Positions 24,382 to 37,539 are shown, counted from the whole stretch's first letter. The stretch is 58,959 nt of DNA, filler included, from Sphacelaria rigidula (GCA_964200075.2; 4 parts of 4 records of this genome joined end to end with filler, not necessarily neighbours in it); one strand, 5' to 3'. The notes: a model not told the origin generated them from the sequence alone. Translations and numbers: made by a program.

Positions 24382-25039
24382 CATCCACCTTGACTCCTTG
24401 CTTTGCTGCTTCTATTGCTAGTATCAAGTGGGTGATAACGTGCATCCTTGTGTACTTCCTTATACGATATCAAAATGTTTCGATATTTCCCCGTCTAGCA
24501 TCATGACAATTCTTGCACATTCTGCCATCTTCTTTACCATTCTCCACATCTTTGCTCTCACCTGTGACGAAAATACGCCGTACGAGTTGGTGGTGATGAT
24601 ATGGATAATGACTAGGGACACGGAGATCCTGGAGGGTTCTGGACAATGACCGGGGACACAGAGATGGTATCCGCAGGTCTAGAAAGCTGGTGCCCTGGAA
24701 GGGCACTCCTGAATAATGAAAATGTTGTAAAGGCTGACAACTGACACTGAGGCCAGTAAGACGGGGGAGTCCCTCAACAGCAGTGATCCAACAGTGCTTC
24801 CACTGGCTGGCGTCGCAATATCTGTATTAGTGCTGGTGCTAAAACACCTGCTAAAAGCCTGCTGGATAGGATTTTCGGCGGAGTGAGTCTAGCAGCTGGG
24901 GACAACCTGACATCACGGACGCGTGACGGGTGTTCAAGCTGGTGGTGGCTGCAGAACCGTGGCTGGCTTGTGATTGATCCAGTCTGGAGACTTGCTGAAG
25001 CTACGTGCAGCGGGAGTTTGGAGGCTCCTACAACTGTGT

Positions 25040-25261
25040 AATGCGTGAGAGGACCGCGTGCTTAGAGGACCGCGCCGTTGTTCAAAATACCTCAGGATCG
25101 ACGTTTTTCGAAACCAATCGGGCCAGTCCCTGCAGGTAACACGCCCCTCACTCTAACCCCAACACTGCCCCTAACCCTAACCCTAACCATAGGGATGTTC
25201 GAATTCCGATGCGGTCCTCTAAGCACGCGATCCTCTAAGCACGCGGTCCTCTCACGCATTC
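25040..25261. mobile_element. MITE with (CCCTAA)3 tract nested in the Gypsy leader
   Basis: TIR AATGCGTGAGAGGACCGCGTGCTTAGAGGA / TCCTCTAAGCACGCGGTCCTCTCACGCATT; CAACTGTG(T) duplicated on both sides (8-9 bp, Mutator- or hAT-like). Confidence 0.9.
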
Positions 25262-25329
25262 CAACTGTGTGGTGCGGCGACGCAGCATGGAAAGTGCAAC
25301 TCGCGAAGGTCCAATTGCCTGCAAAGGTT

Positions 25330-28300
25330 CGCAGATAGCCGGTTACAGCTCCAGCTATGGTAACACCCGTGGTCATGCGGGAAGAGTTGCGACCTTCCCA
25401 ATACGGAGATGGGTACTTAGAGATTGCATCTCGCACTTTTGACACGAAGTGCTTTCAGTACAAGGAGCGCGTGAAGCACGCGAACGCAGGGGGTGCTATG
25501 CGGCATCAGGTGGTGCCAATGGCTCAACAAGTGCCAACTTATGTGCAGAGAGTGTTTGCTCGTTTGGAGCATAAAAATATCGCGATCACCCCGCCGCAAT
25601 TGATTGCGGCGATCAGAAAGCATGTGGACACGCGGCGGGCACTTGCCATCGTTGTGGCCAGGTCGGCCATTACGCGCGCGATTGCCCAAGGTCTTCCGGT
25701 GGAGAGCCTGGGCAGTCCCATGCTGCGCGTTATCAGCATCGTCAGCACAAGGGAAAAATACGAGGTAATCATGGTGGCGGCGGCGGATCCTCCGGCGGTG
25801 GAGGGTCGCAGTCGAGTCCTCGGCAGCAACAGCAGGGGCAGCGGCGTCAGCATGGGCCTGGTTGTCGACCCCGCGCCGTCGTAGGTGCTGCTGCTCCGCA
25901 ACGGGCGGTGCAGGTGGGACCGACTTCTACAGTCTCGAACACTGCGCCGGTGGCGACACCGGCAGCAGCGCCAGGGGCGACGCCTGCTGACGCGCTGATC
26001 GGAGGTTCGCCAAATTCTTGGTCTGCTGGCTGGGGGTCATCCCCGCCGGCGATGCCGTTTGAACCTGCCGGGGCGTCTTCGCCTGCCCAGCTTGCGCAGC
26101 TTGCGCAGCCGTAGCGTCAAGTGGGATTAGCGGCGCATCGGTCTGTCAATAAACTGGCAGTGGAGTTTGCAGACAACTACGTTCCTGCGGAGCTGTACAT
26201 TTCAAATCAACGGGAGCGTGGAGATATTACGGTTCAGGCTAAGTGGGATTCTGGCGCCCACTGGACGGGTCATGTGAGTCTGTCGGTACAGATTGTGGAG
26301 ATGTTGGAGCTTCTTCTCCCGAGTGTGCCGCTGCGCATCCCATTTTCGCTCGGGGCGCGGCAGGCCGTCACCGCGTCGAGTCAGCATTTTTACGTCACAG
26401 AGCGTACTGTTACGCTGCGACTGACTTTCACGACTTCCTAGGGGGCGGCGCAGTTGCCTCCGATCTCGTTTGCGATCATGCCGGGGTCGGATGGCGTTAT
26501 TCTTCTGGGGTTGCCGATAGTTCAGGATACTGGAGTCAACGCTCGGCGGTTGTGGCACTCCATGAAGACGCGGATGTCTCCGCCTGGTCCACGCTTGGAG
26601 ACGCCCGTCCTTTTGGCCAGTCATCGCGTGAGCTTGTCGGTTGACCCTTTTCAGGAAGCTGGAGAGCAGATGACCGAAGAGCGGGATGCGGCGGTGGAAC
26701 GCTCGGTAGATCGCGGCCCGGAGACATTCATTGATCCGGCCGAAGAGGAGTCCGCTCGGAAGGTCGCGGTGGAGGACAGCGTGACGGATGCTGGGGCGAC
26801 AGGCCTCAGCATCTCAAAAGCGGAGCGCCTGCGCGGCATATTGCATTGCCGCGTCAACGCGTTACGTCGTGCGCTGCGGGGTAATTTCCCTGCGCGCGTG
26901 GAGCCGATGCGTGTTCAGCCAAAACCTGGGGCGTCTGCGGTGAAGATGACGCCGCGACGGTACGATCCAGTGAAGTCGAGTTGGTTGGCGTTGTGCATGG
27001 CGGCTCTTTTGGTGCTCGGGTTGGTGTCACGGAATATGCAGGCGGGGTGGTCCAGTCCAGATATGGCGTTTCCGAAGAAGGCTGCATCGTGGATGGAGGG
27101 CAGGCTGCAGGCGTGGGCGGCAGCGAAGGATCTGGTGGCTTATGCCGTGACGCGCTGTTCCATCCTCGTCCTGATTGTCAGGTTTTTCATGTTTCCGGAC
27201 GCATCTGAGTGCCATTGGGGTAGTTTGGTCATGCAGGTGCCTACACTTAAAGTTCAAATGCCTGTGCGCGCTGTGGCTGTGTATGGTCCGTGTGAATCCG
27301 ACGACTCGATGCCGTCCAAATCTGTTGTCCGCTAAGCGCAACGAAAAGACGTTGGGGCCGAGGATGCGGACGTGCAATCTTTCGAGTCGGACGTTGGTAC
27401 TGCTATCTTGACAACGAAGGTCTGTTTCGTGTGCATGCGTGTGGCCGAAACGTTTTGTAGAATCCGAGTTCTGACAAGAAGTCGCAGGTGCGTCTGATGA
27501 CTTGTGCGCACATGCGCGACGCCGGGCATTGTGGTGTGGCTGCAACGCTCGTGCGTTTGCAAGACGTTTTTGTCTGGCAGGGGATAGAAACTCATGTGCG
27601 CAAATTTGTCAGCCAGTGTCTTCACTGTGCTGACTCGAGGGCGAGCGATGTCGTTCCCCGCCCGCTCGGCGAAACGGTCCACGGGACCACGTCGAATGAA
27701 GTCGTTCATTTTGACTTCTTGTACGTGAGCGAGAGTGGCCCGCTAGCTTCCCAAGGTTTGTCGGAGGATGCTGGGTTGCGATATATTTGGTAATCATGGG
27801 ATGATTTGAGCAACTTTGTGGCTCTGGAACCAGTAGCAATGTGTACTGCTGCATCGATCGCTGCATCTTTGCTGAATTGGTGCAAAACTTTGGGGGTACC
27901 ACGTGGGTGGGTGAGTGATACCGCCACGCAATTCAAGAATGCGATCTTGGCCCGATTGCGAGAGGCTCTGCGCGTTGATCACCAGTTTGCGGTATCGTAT
28001 TCTCCGTGATCTAACGGTACGTGCGAACGCATGGTCAAGGAAGTAGTTCGTGCCCTTCGCTCTATTCTTCTCGAACAGTGTAGAGCGGTTTTTTAGTGGG
28101 TGGACGTGGTGCCGGGGGTGCAATAGGCGCTTAATACAGCGTGTTGTCGTCAATACGATAGTAAGCCGTACTACGTGATGATCGTGCCCCTCGGATATCG
28201 TTCTAGGTGCTGGCGTCTTCGTCGGCGGGGGAATGGAAGTGTGATGTTCTGGACGATGTTCGAATTAAAAGTGCATTGCAAGCAGTCTTGGACTTGCAAG

Positions 28301-28860
28301 AACGTTTCCACGTTCAAGTGCGCGAACGTGTTGCCGCTGAACGTGCGCAAATACGTGAGGGGTCTTCGTCGAGGCTGGAATTGCCGAATTTTGAGGTAGG
28401 CGGCTATGTCTAGTATGCACGCGTGCGTCGTCTGGGTGTCACGCCCAAGTTGATGGCGACGTGGACTGGTCCATGAAAAGTGGTTGGTGCTCACCACCCG
28501 CACGTGTTTGAAATTCAAAACATTGTTCCGGGTCGTGTTCAGACCGCATATGTAGCTCGTCTGCGTTTTATTGCAGACTTGCAGCTTAATGTGACGGCTG
28601 ACGTCAAGGACGTGTTCCAGTATGCCTTCAGCGGCAGTTTCAGATGGCTGGTATTGTCCGAGTGGCAGAAGCAGATGATCGTTCGTTGATTGTGTTGGTC
28701 GACTGGGGTGGTTTCGAAGTTGAGGAGAGTGCGTGGGAGCTTTTCAAGGATATGTTTGGGCCGCTCCGGACTTTCTTACGAAGGAGTTGCGTAAATTGCG
28801 CGTGACTCGTGCGGTTGCTCCTCGCATTACGAGTGAGTTTGGTATTCAATTGTGACTCAC
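25330..28860 (+). pseudogene. Gypsy gag-pol remnant
   Basis: Multiple stops and frameshifts; the RT catalytic core is missing between ...FPKKA and ...WMEGRLQAW. Confidence 0.85.
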
Positions 28861-29172
28861 TATGTGCCTTTTGGTGTTTTCTATGTGCCAAGCTTGTTGA
28901 CAGATTTTCGTCCAACGCACTTTGAGGGTGCTGTGACGAAATTACGCCGTTACGTTGAGTTAGTAGTGATGATATGGATAATAACTGGGGGCACGGGGAT
29001 TCTGGAGGATTATTGATAATGACAGGAGACAATGGGTTGATACCCTGGCGTGTCTAGGAGGCTGTGCCCACGAGGGCACTCCTATAATATAAGATGACAA
29101 CAAATTGTGCGAATTGAGGTTCAACTCCGAGATGAGGTTCAAGCCTAAAACAGTGCTTTCCCCACACTTTCA

Positions 29173-29433
29173 GCGATGATACCCGATGACGTTTTTGTTG
29201 ACCTAATGCCCCTCGATCGCATAGATACCTTTTCAGCGCAATTCGCCGACTCTGGGAGCTTACAGTGCTGACCGAAACCGTCATTTCCCCCCCCTTTTTG
29301 AGGGGGGTAATATCAGGGAAAATGACGGTTTCGGTCAGCACTGTAAGCTCACAGAGTCGGCGAATTGCGCTGAAAAAGTATCTACGCGATCGAGGGGCAT
29401 TAGGCCGACAAAAACGTCATCGGGCACCATCGC
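29173..29433. mobile_element. foldback element interrupting or adjoining the Gypsy 3' LTR, cut by the gap
   Basis: ~117-bp inverted arms (29173-29289 / 29316-29433). Confidence 0.85.
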
Positions 29434-29618
29434 NNNNNNNNNNNNNNNNNNNNNNNNNNNNNNNNNNNNNNNNNNNNTTAATTAATTAANNNNNNNNNNN
29501 NNNNNNNNNNNNNNNNNNNNNNNNNNNNNNNNNTAATGCCCTTGGCACGCATGATCATGAGTACCCCCCCCCCCCCCGCGTGCGTCCCGAACGTAACACA
29601 CATGTAACGATGTCCCAG

Positions 29619-29951
29619 GTAGCGTAGCAGGAACAATAGGAAGAGAAGCAATCAACGATGGCTCATTGCAATTGTCATCTCCCAACGGTTCCCTAGCAAG
29701 AGCGGCGTTGGTAAGGACAGCCTCGACCACCGGGTCAACCGCCTCCGCCACCATAGGAATCGCAGGGGACTCTCCCGCCAGTCGCAAGACAGCAACGACA
29801 CCATCTGGATCGCCCGTGAAACGCAGGGGGCCGGGACCTCCGCCGACGCCACCGGTGGCATGGGAGATCACGATGGGCTACCCGCCCGTCGCGAAAATTT
29901 CTCCTGGACACAGGCGAGCGCCGAACGCCGCCAGAGGGGTTTGTAGTGCAG
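29619..29951 (+). CDS. probable internal exon (Ser/Thr/Pro-rich linker) of the WDR47-like gene
   Basis: CCCAG| acceptor, open frame GSVAGTIG...PPPTPPVAWEITMG...CSA, CAG|GTGTGT donor, phase 1 to 1. Confidence 0.5.
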
Positions 29952-31932
29952 GTGTGTGTGTGTGTGTATGTGTGCGCGCGCGCGCGTATTTCTGATGTAA
30001 TCTGAAGTGAGGAAGCTCATCGGAAACCAGTGCACGTGGCCCCCTGATTTTCTAGTGTAGAGATGCGTATTTTGTGTGTGTGAATTCGAACGTATTCTGA
30101 AACGGCAAAAAATGATAAAATTCGCATTTCGCGTACAAGTACCTTGTTGCTGATTCTCGAATGCAGATACATTTCCAACTGTGTGCAACATTCGTATGCA
30201 CTCTAGCTGTTCGTGTATGTTTACACTCTAAATGTATGCTGACAACTCACGCACCAATACTCCACACTCGACCATTTCTTATTCTTTTTCATGGTTGTAA
30301 TGCTTGCTAGTTAGTTTACTGTATCCCAGCTTGTATAATTCGTCTTGTGCATCCAGGTAGGTATGCACTCTCTCTATGCTGCAATTTTTTCCGTTCGACC
30401 GTGATGAGAAATATGTGCAAACGTGCAAGTGACGAGGGCCAAACTTTGACACCCACCGCGTCATAGATAACGGGTCTCATGTGCAGTAGTGCTTGGAGGG
30501 TTGCCACCATCCGTTGATGCACTTCGGGCGAAATCACTGAAAATCTGCTCCATCTAAACAGTAATGTCTACCTATCAAGACTTTCGATATCGATAAAAAG
30601 TTGTGTTGTTATCATTCCATGTGTTGCTGTAGATCACCACGACTATTTCCCATTCCGATTTGTTTTATTCTGTATATATTATTTCACTATAAGTTATACG
30701 GTACTGCACTTGCATGTTCTGCCTGCATGTGCAGACGGTACAGACGCGGGAAGCCCAGAATAATGCTTCCGTGTGCCAAAGTTCACCGTAGAAATATTTG
30801 AGGAAATTCGTGAACTTGGCAATCATGTGCTGCATCACAAAACTACGTAACAATCGGACTGGATCTCTGACTGAACTCCTTTCGGCTGATAATTACGCAC
30901 TGATAGTTTTCCATGCTGGCATGATTTACTATCCTGTTCGGCAATGCGGGGTTGTCAAATCTGCGCACGCGTGCAAGGTTGGAAATGGTACGCATGGTCG
31001 ATCGCTTCGCTGTCTTGAGTATATACACGTCCAGTGCATCGATGAATTTGATTGATGCATTGATGAATTCATTGATTGTCGCACATTGATTATGAACTGA
31101 TACACCACGAATCCAGACAGGCTGAAGGGATAGACATACCCAAGACGAATTCTGCACTGTTTAGTCCGCCAGCATAGTCAGGTTGACAACAACAGAACGG
31201 TCAGGAGAACATCCGCATGCTGGAGTCTCCTTGGAGCGGATGCCCACCAGCTCAGCACCCATGATACAGCGGTACACACACTATTCACTATTCAGTAGCA
31301 ATGAAGACAGCCTACAGGCGGCGCTGTGCTGTCTTCGTCGTGCAAAGTGCAGTACCGTGGGAAAGTACAGCCGAGACCCAAACAGCTTCGCATGCCGCGC
31401 TATATGACTGGCCTGTGCTTGAATAAATGAGGTGCTGTACCAGGAACTGGCACTATTGGAAGTTGAGATATGTACAACGAAATATTTAGACAAGCTGGTC
31501 TCACCGCATGGCACGGAAAAGTACCCTCAGTGATTTCTCGCTTGAGCTTCGAGAGGTGAGGAAATTGCGAGGATAAATATAAATGGATCTTTTGAAGGTC
31601 ATTACCAGGGGGGGGCGTCACCAGAGGGGAAAACATGAATTCGAACGAACTTCGGAAACATGACCCGTTTCTGTCTATTCGTTTTTTCAACGCAATAGTG
31701 ATGCCCTTCGGCGTGTCGACCTACACCTGTCCTCAAAATTCTAGGGCGTGACTCTGAAACCTCGAATAGAAATTCAGCGTCAGTGACTTGAGCGATTCGG
31801 GGAAATAATGGCCCCAATTGCTGGCGAGTCAGCAAAATCGTTTGGCTCCTCTGCCGAAGTTTTTTTGTAAGAACTTCATGATTCGCTACCTTCGTAAATC
31901 CGATGCTCTGCTTGCAGGACTCTCGAAATCTG

Positions 31933-32253
31933 TAGAGTTAACTGGCGTCGGGCTACAATCTGTCCATGGTTGATATTACTCAATTTGAGTGTGAACGACG
32001 AGAATCGTATCTTTCATGGGGCTGACTGTCCCGTGTGCTCCTCGCGTGCGCAGAACGCGTTTTCGTTCAAATCGGCGCCACAGGCGCCGATCTGGGGTCT
32101 ACCATGGCCACACTTTGCCTACGGGATCAATCCTCTGTAACTGCGTTTCCCGAGGGTTGTCGGTATACCTTGGGTTGGGGTTAGGGTTTTAGGGTTAGCG
32201 GTAGTTGTACAAAATGTCAACCATGGACAGATTGTAGCCCAACCCCGGTCAAC
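31933..32253 (+). mobile_element. telomere-tract MITE group copy
   Basis: TIR GGGCTACAATCTGTCCATGGTTGA / TCAACCATGGACAGATTGTAGCCC; core followed by GGGGTTAGGGTTTTAGGGTTAG. Confidence 0.85.
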
Positions 32254-32403
32254 GGCTAGCCCATTTTCTCAAAGTGGCCACGGTCAACGCCGTGTGATCG
32301 AGCGCTGCACGTTCCCCACGTGGTACGCACTTCATGGAACGGAGAGCACACGTTTGAAATTAGCGCCAAAACCTGCGGCAGAATCAGTTTTTACTTTATT
32401 TAA

Positions 32404-32703
32404 AATAACGTGTTCATGAGATTGAGAGTGGAGAGCGGATCGAGAGCGGATTTGATAATTCGCTTGAACTTCAGAAATTTCTCATCGCGTGTGTGCTTTT
32501 ATTTGCCTGTATCACTGCCGTGTGCTTACAGCTACACGTCGATATCCCGGTCAGGGATATTGAGGGCCTCAGTGGCAAGCTGCCACAGCAAGAATAACGG
32601 GCCTCGTGGAGGGGCATTTCGGAACTGAAACAACTCATTCACTGATTGACCGCGTTTCACTCTCAATCGTATCCTCCACTTTCAATCTCACGAAAATATT
32701 GTT
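32404..32703. mobile_element. MITE family B copy
   Basis: Reverse-complement match to 17554-17853. Confidence 0.85.
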
Positions 32704-33141
32704 TTGGGAGGGCGAAACTGGTCATTTTGCTTCTATACTTCGCTCGAAAGCCTCGAGTTGCGCACATGGTCAAGTGGAGTGTTCGGCACACTCTGGTACA
32801 CTGGTACGATTGCACGGATCGTGGTTGTTCTGCTACTTTTAGCTTGTCTCCGTGCTATGTGCTCCGGAGTCTCCCGTCTCGAGATAAGACGGGCATATAC
32901 TTGAAGGGACGATATTCTTACGTGAGTTATTATTGAAACTGCACATATTCGGAGCGTGCTACTCAGCCATATGACCCGACCATAACAGTTGCTTGTTGTG
33001 CGTGCGTATCCCGTATGCTTGTAGATATTTCTCCATCCTTCTCCCGTAGTTACGGGCGTCGGTGAATGGTGATGCATCTGACACAGGGATTGGAGGGCAG
33101 GGTTTCAAGAGGGTTGATTAGTGACGAGGTGGTTAGCAGGG

Positions 33142-33604
33142 TAGGGTGCGTACCGTGGAGTACGATGGATTCTCAGCATACTTCGGAGTGCCCAGCACTC
33201 GAGGGTTATCGGGGTATCGAATGCCGGGAATACTGAGTATGCTTTCCAATTTCGTTTTTCATCTCCGTAACGTTTATCGTGTGACCACGGCTGGATCCCT
33301 GGGGGAATCAGTCAACGTGCGGCAATCAATCAACCAAGTCGATGTAGGGTACCCAGGGTGTCGACAGCCAAGATACTCAGTTTTCCAAGGTGCCCAGGGT
33401 ATCGACATCCTAGAGCACCCTACCATAAGCATCTCTGCACAGGTTGCTAGGGTAGGGAATTTATTCTGAAGTAGCTTGGGTTTTCAGAGTATCTCAGAGT
33501 ACAGGGTACTTAAGATGTCCACGGTATCGACTACCCAGAGTATCCACAATCTAAAATACTCAGTGTGTCAGGGTACATAAGGTATCCACACCCAAAATAC
33601 CCTA
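33142..33604. mobile_element. old hAT-like non-autonomous element rich in GGGTA/TACCC/TACTC motifs
   Basis: TAGGGT...ACCCTA ends, repeated CAGGGTA(TCGA) motifs; a similar tract lies at ~43430-43645. Confidence 0.45.
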
Positions 33605-34214
33605 CTCGTTTTTCTTTTGTTTTTTTCTTGATGGAAGGAGGAAACCTCACCCAACACTTACCCCGCGAACGGGTTCGTGCGCCAATTACCCGGAGGCTCG
33701 GCTAAACCGCCTCGCGGGAGTCATGTTGGGTAGGCGCCTTGAGCGTTCGGGAAGGTTTGCGCAACGCAGTCTGGGGGCATGAACTCACTGTATTCCCCTG
33801 TCAACTTGGCGCGGCGCACGCGCCGTCCTACTCTAAAGGGCTTCGGTCCGAGGATGCCCTACTTTGTACCCTACCCTAACCTAGCCGCCTGTGGTGTGGT
33901 GGACCCCAACATTCGCTGCTGCAGCGCCAAGCACCATGGCAATTGTGTCACTGGGGAACTCTGCACACTTCAGATGGCGCCATGAACAAGGCAAGAAAGC
34001 GTCAGGCTGTGGTGTGTATACCTGTCCTGTGAGTTAAATTTCTTGGGAAACCGCGGAGAGCGAAACCATCGCAAAACAGAACTACACTCAAGCCCTCACT
34101 TCAAGGCCCGGATGTGCCCGGGAAGACCTCCGGTTCTGCTTTGTTGAGACTTGTCCTCGAATCGAGCGCCCGTGCAGCGGGATCATGATGCTTATCTCGA
34201 TCCGTTTTTCACAG

Positions 34215-34527
34215 GGAGTGTCGGCAGGCGGCGCTATGTTCGTGGGCACTCGGCTGAACCCAACGGACGGCGGCGCGGACGATTGAACAATAGTGCTTGG
34301 GCCGCGGCGGGGGGGCCGGGGGGGGCGGGCGCGGGGGTGGCAACGTCCACGGGTGCTACTGTGGTGAAGCAGGGTGTCGATGATCAGGAGGCAGTCCAGG
34401 AGGTGGAGACGGGACGTCGGTTGGTGCACGGCGAGGGTAGGAGGAGTGGCGAGGGTGATGATATAGGTGGGGGGGGATGTGCGGCGGGGATCAGGATGTT
34501 CATGCGGCAGAAGTCTCGATCTTCGAG
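34215..34527 (+). CDS. probable internal exon (Gly/Arg-rich linker) of the WDR47-like gene
   Basis: TTTTTCACAG| acceptor, GC-rich open frame SVGRRRY...KSRSS, GAG|GTACAG donor; phase 1 matches the 29951 donor. Confidence 0.55.
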
Positions 34528-35226
34528 GTACAGTATGGGTAGGATGTTTGAAACATACGTACGTGCAGGTGATGCATACGATGGAGCATAACATGGGGTG
34601 GTGTGGCGTGTGCAGCGGGGTTGGAGATGTTTTCATGGTCGTGAAGGTCTTGATCTTCGGAGTATGGACCGCATATGTGCATGTGTACGCAACGCGTTGA
34701 TGATGCATACGAAAATAACAGAAGAATGCCTGTGTTTCTTCAGTGCGGACGTGGGGCAGATGCTTTTTTTTTTTTATCGTTATACTGCTTTTGTCGATTC
34801 TGGACAAGGGATCTCGTTCTGCTCCGCATTGTACTTTGCTGTGCTCACGAGAAGTATTTTTGATGTACTTGATGTGCGCAATTCATTGTCTGCAGCACGC
34901 GTGGAGCGTGTTTTTTCAATGTGCACCACGTTGGCGTGTGATGAAGGGGATGGTGGGGGGAATGGACCCAGTTGAGGTGAATCCCGATGATGTGACCAGA
35001 TTACTTCCCCCATTGTACTTGGTCCGGCGATCTGACTGCAGTTAATCAGGCCGTCCAGAATCTTTGTCCGGCCGCGATCGCCGCGCATCAACGTCGGTCT
35101 TGTTATTGGAAATTGAGCGGGTGTACCGAATTGTTCGTATTTTTGTCAGAGCTCTGATGACTTCCACATATGCATTATTTCCGGTTATAAGTGCATACTG
35201 GGAGGAGGTATGTTTCGTGATTATAA

Positions 35227-35344
35227 CCCTTGTGGAACCCATTGACGATTTTTGTTTTTGTAAATCGGCTTCGTTTTCAGTCATTTTCAAGTCAAAATGA
35301 TGCCGATTCACGAAAACAAGAATCGTCAGTGGGTTCCAAAAGGG
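35227..35344. mobile_element. palindromic piggyBac-like MITE
   Basis: CCCTTGTGGAACCCATTGACGATT / AATCGTCAGTGGGTTCCAAAAGGG; flanks ATAA/TTAA. Confidence 0.75.
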
Positions 35345-36513
35345 TTAACGGTGCGAATGGTTTCGGTGGCCTCTTCCACCCCGGTATGCCTGTCGTGCGT
35401 GATCCAGTGTGGATTTAATCTTGTATCTGAATGTACTTCAGTGCAGGTTTAATTGCTGTGTGGTCCCGCGAAGTATGCGGCAACGGGCAGGTTGACAATG
35501 GCTTCTTCAGTGCGTCAATCATATCAGCCGCTATCCACGGTGCCGCTGTGTTTGGCTGTCTGTTGATAGTCTTTCGCGTCGTCCATCTCTTTTCCGGTTA
35601 CTATACTGAGGGTTGAAACACATGCGATGCGAGTCACCATGCGGCTGCGTTTCGATGCACTGCTGCTGGCGATCAAGCACTCCTCCGCGTTACTACGCCG
35701 TGACTCTATTACATACTCCTATCGATGACACAAGATAACTCACTATCTTGGCTGAGATCGCTCACGCTGAGCGCTGCGGCGTCAGCAAGGGGTGTTGTGC
35801 ATAGTTTTCTTCCTTCTTGTGACCAAACTTCAAACTACTGCCTTTTCTGTTTGCTCTTGTTTCGCGGAAAATCTTTCACTTGCTCCCCGCCTTGCATTTG
35901 CTTCCTTCGGGCCGTACACTATTCACATGAATGACATGATATGATATGATATGATATGATATTTATACATTCAGACATATTTCCCCTGTGAATTGAAACG
36001 CCTCACGCAGTCCACGACGGCTACCGCGCTCGGAAAGCGATGGGGAGGTGATGAGCGTATCAACTCTCGGCAGTGGCAGTCGGTGGCGATGGCACCAGGT
36101 AAGTACCTATGTAGCTTCGTGTTACGGGAGATAACACCTCCCTCCTGCCGCGTGCGCACCCCCGGCGATAGATTCCTGCTCATACGACATAGCAGAAAGG
36201 AGACCATATTTTCACGATTGAACAAATGCGCATTATAGACGGAGCATAGCATACCCGTATACTTCACAACATGTAAGCTCAGCGTACGCAGAATACCTGC
36301 TTCTGTATAACCTAAGTGTGCCCAACGAACGCAGAAAAGATGTACACGCCAGAAAAGGGAGAGACAAGAGTCACAGTGTCGTCCCTGTCTTTTCTCGCTC
36401 TGATTGTTCGGCGTGTATCAAACACTGTTGTTCTGCACATGTGCGCTCACCTATGCGGTGTTTATACGAAACAAGTTTTGCTAGAGCCCGGAAATGATTT
36501 GCCCAACCATTAA

Positions 36514-36981
36514 GGCCGCTTCTTATAACAGACGAAAATAAAACCCTGAAAAGGTGCTCTTTTTGAGCTTTCACGTCGTTTCAAGCCATAAGAGAGAGCT
36601 GGGCGGACTTTGACACCTTGGAATGGTTTGCTCTACTCGTTGAGGGGGTTCCAGGACATTCCCTCGTTCTCCGGTGGCCGTAGTTTTTATTTTCGCCAAA
36701 CAAGAATTTTAGTCCAAGAACAATCGAAAACGGTCAAATACAGAGAATTTCGCCATATTTCTCTAGACTTGACCCTTCTTGGACAAAAATCCTTCTTTGG
36801 CCAAAATAAAAACTACGGCCACCGAGAAACGGGGAAATGTCCTGGAACCACCTCAATGAAGAGAGCAAATCATTGCAAGGTGTCAAACTCCGCCTAGCTC
36901 TCTGTTGAGGCGTAAAACTATGTAAAAGCTCCAAAAAAGCAGTTTTCCAGTTTTTATTTCTGTTTGTTTGAAGAAGCGGCC
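36514..36981. mobile_element. PIF/Harbinger (Tourist-like) foldback MITE
   Basis: TAA-GGCCGCTTCTT...AAGAAGCGGCC-TAA; ~205-bp imperfect arms. Confidence 0.9.
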
Positions 36982-37441
36982 TAACCAGTGGAATGGTGGC
37001 GCGTAGCGCACTCATGAACCAGTTAAATGACACATACTGGTTTGGTCATCGAGCGACGCAGCCGCGACCAAAAAAGCCCCCTTCCGGCAGAGGGGTCCCC
37101 GCCGAGGCGCCTTGCCGGAGGCACGTGTTGACGCGATTTGGCTTCACGAGAGCTGAAAAATACGTCAAATTTGGGCCAATTTTCAAGGGATGTATGTAGC
37201 ATACGTAGTCGGTAACGGCTTATAAAGCCGGTAACAGTAAATGATGGTTTGAAACGATTATCCAAAATTTTCATATGACCATCACCGTTATTACCATCAC
37301 AATGATGATGGCCAGTTATAACCGTGACCATTTCCGAGCTCCAAGTTTGGTAGAAACGGCGAGCCGCAAGATGCTGAAGTGAAGGTATTATATACAGATC
37401 TATAATTCGATTTTTTTTTGCGACACTATGGTAGACATTAA

Positions 37442-37539
37442 CCCTTTGACCGCGAGGCTAAGTCATCCGGCCATGCAATCATTCTCAAGTGAAATTGACC
37501 CTGATTTGACATATGATACCTATAGCTGCGGTCAAGGGG
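37442..37539. mobile_element. piggyBac-like MITE family A
   Basis: TTAA-CCCTTTGACCGC...GCGGTCAAGGGG-TTAA. Confidence 0.8.

Larger units (their letters stand above)
24563..29110 (+). mobile_element. degenerate Ty3/Gypsy LTR retrotransposon with C-terminal chromodomain
   Basis: LTR starts TGTGACGAAA at 24563 and 28932 (diverged); domain order protease (WDSGA) - RT remnant - RNase H (FPDASECHWG) - integrase (H..GH..C..C, VHFDF, VSDTATQF, SNGTCERM) - chromodomain (LVDWGGFEVEESAWE); 3' end approximate. Confidence 0.92.

Noticed and set aside
18920..32200. TTAGGG tracts as relics of chromosome-end fusion
   Set aside because: Only 2-4 units each, always inside dispersed MITEs
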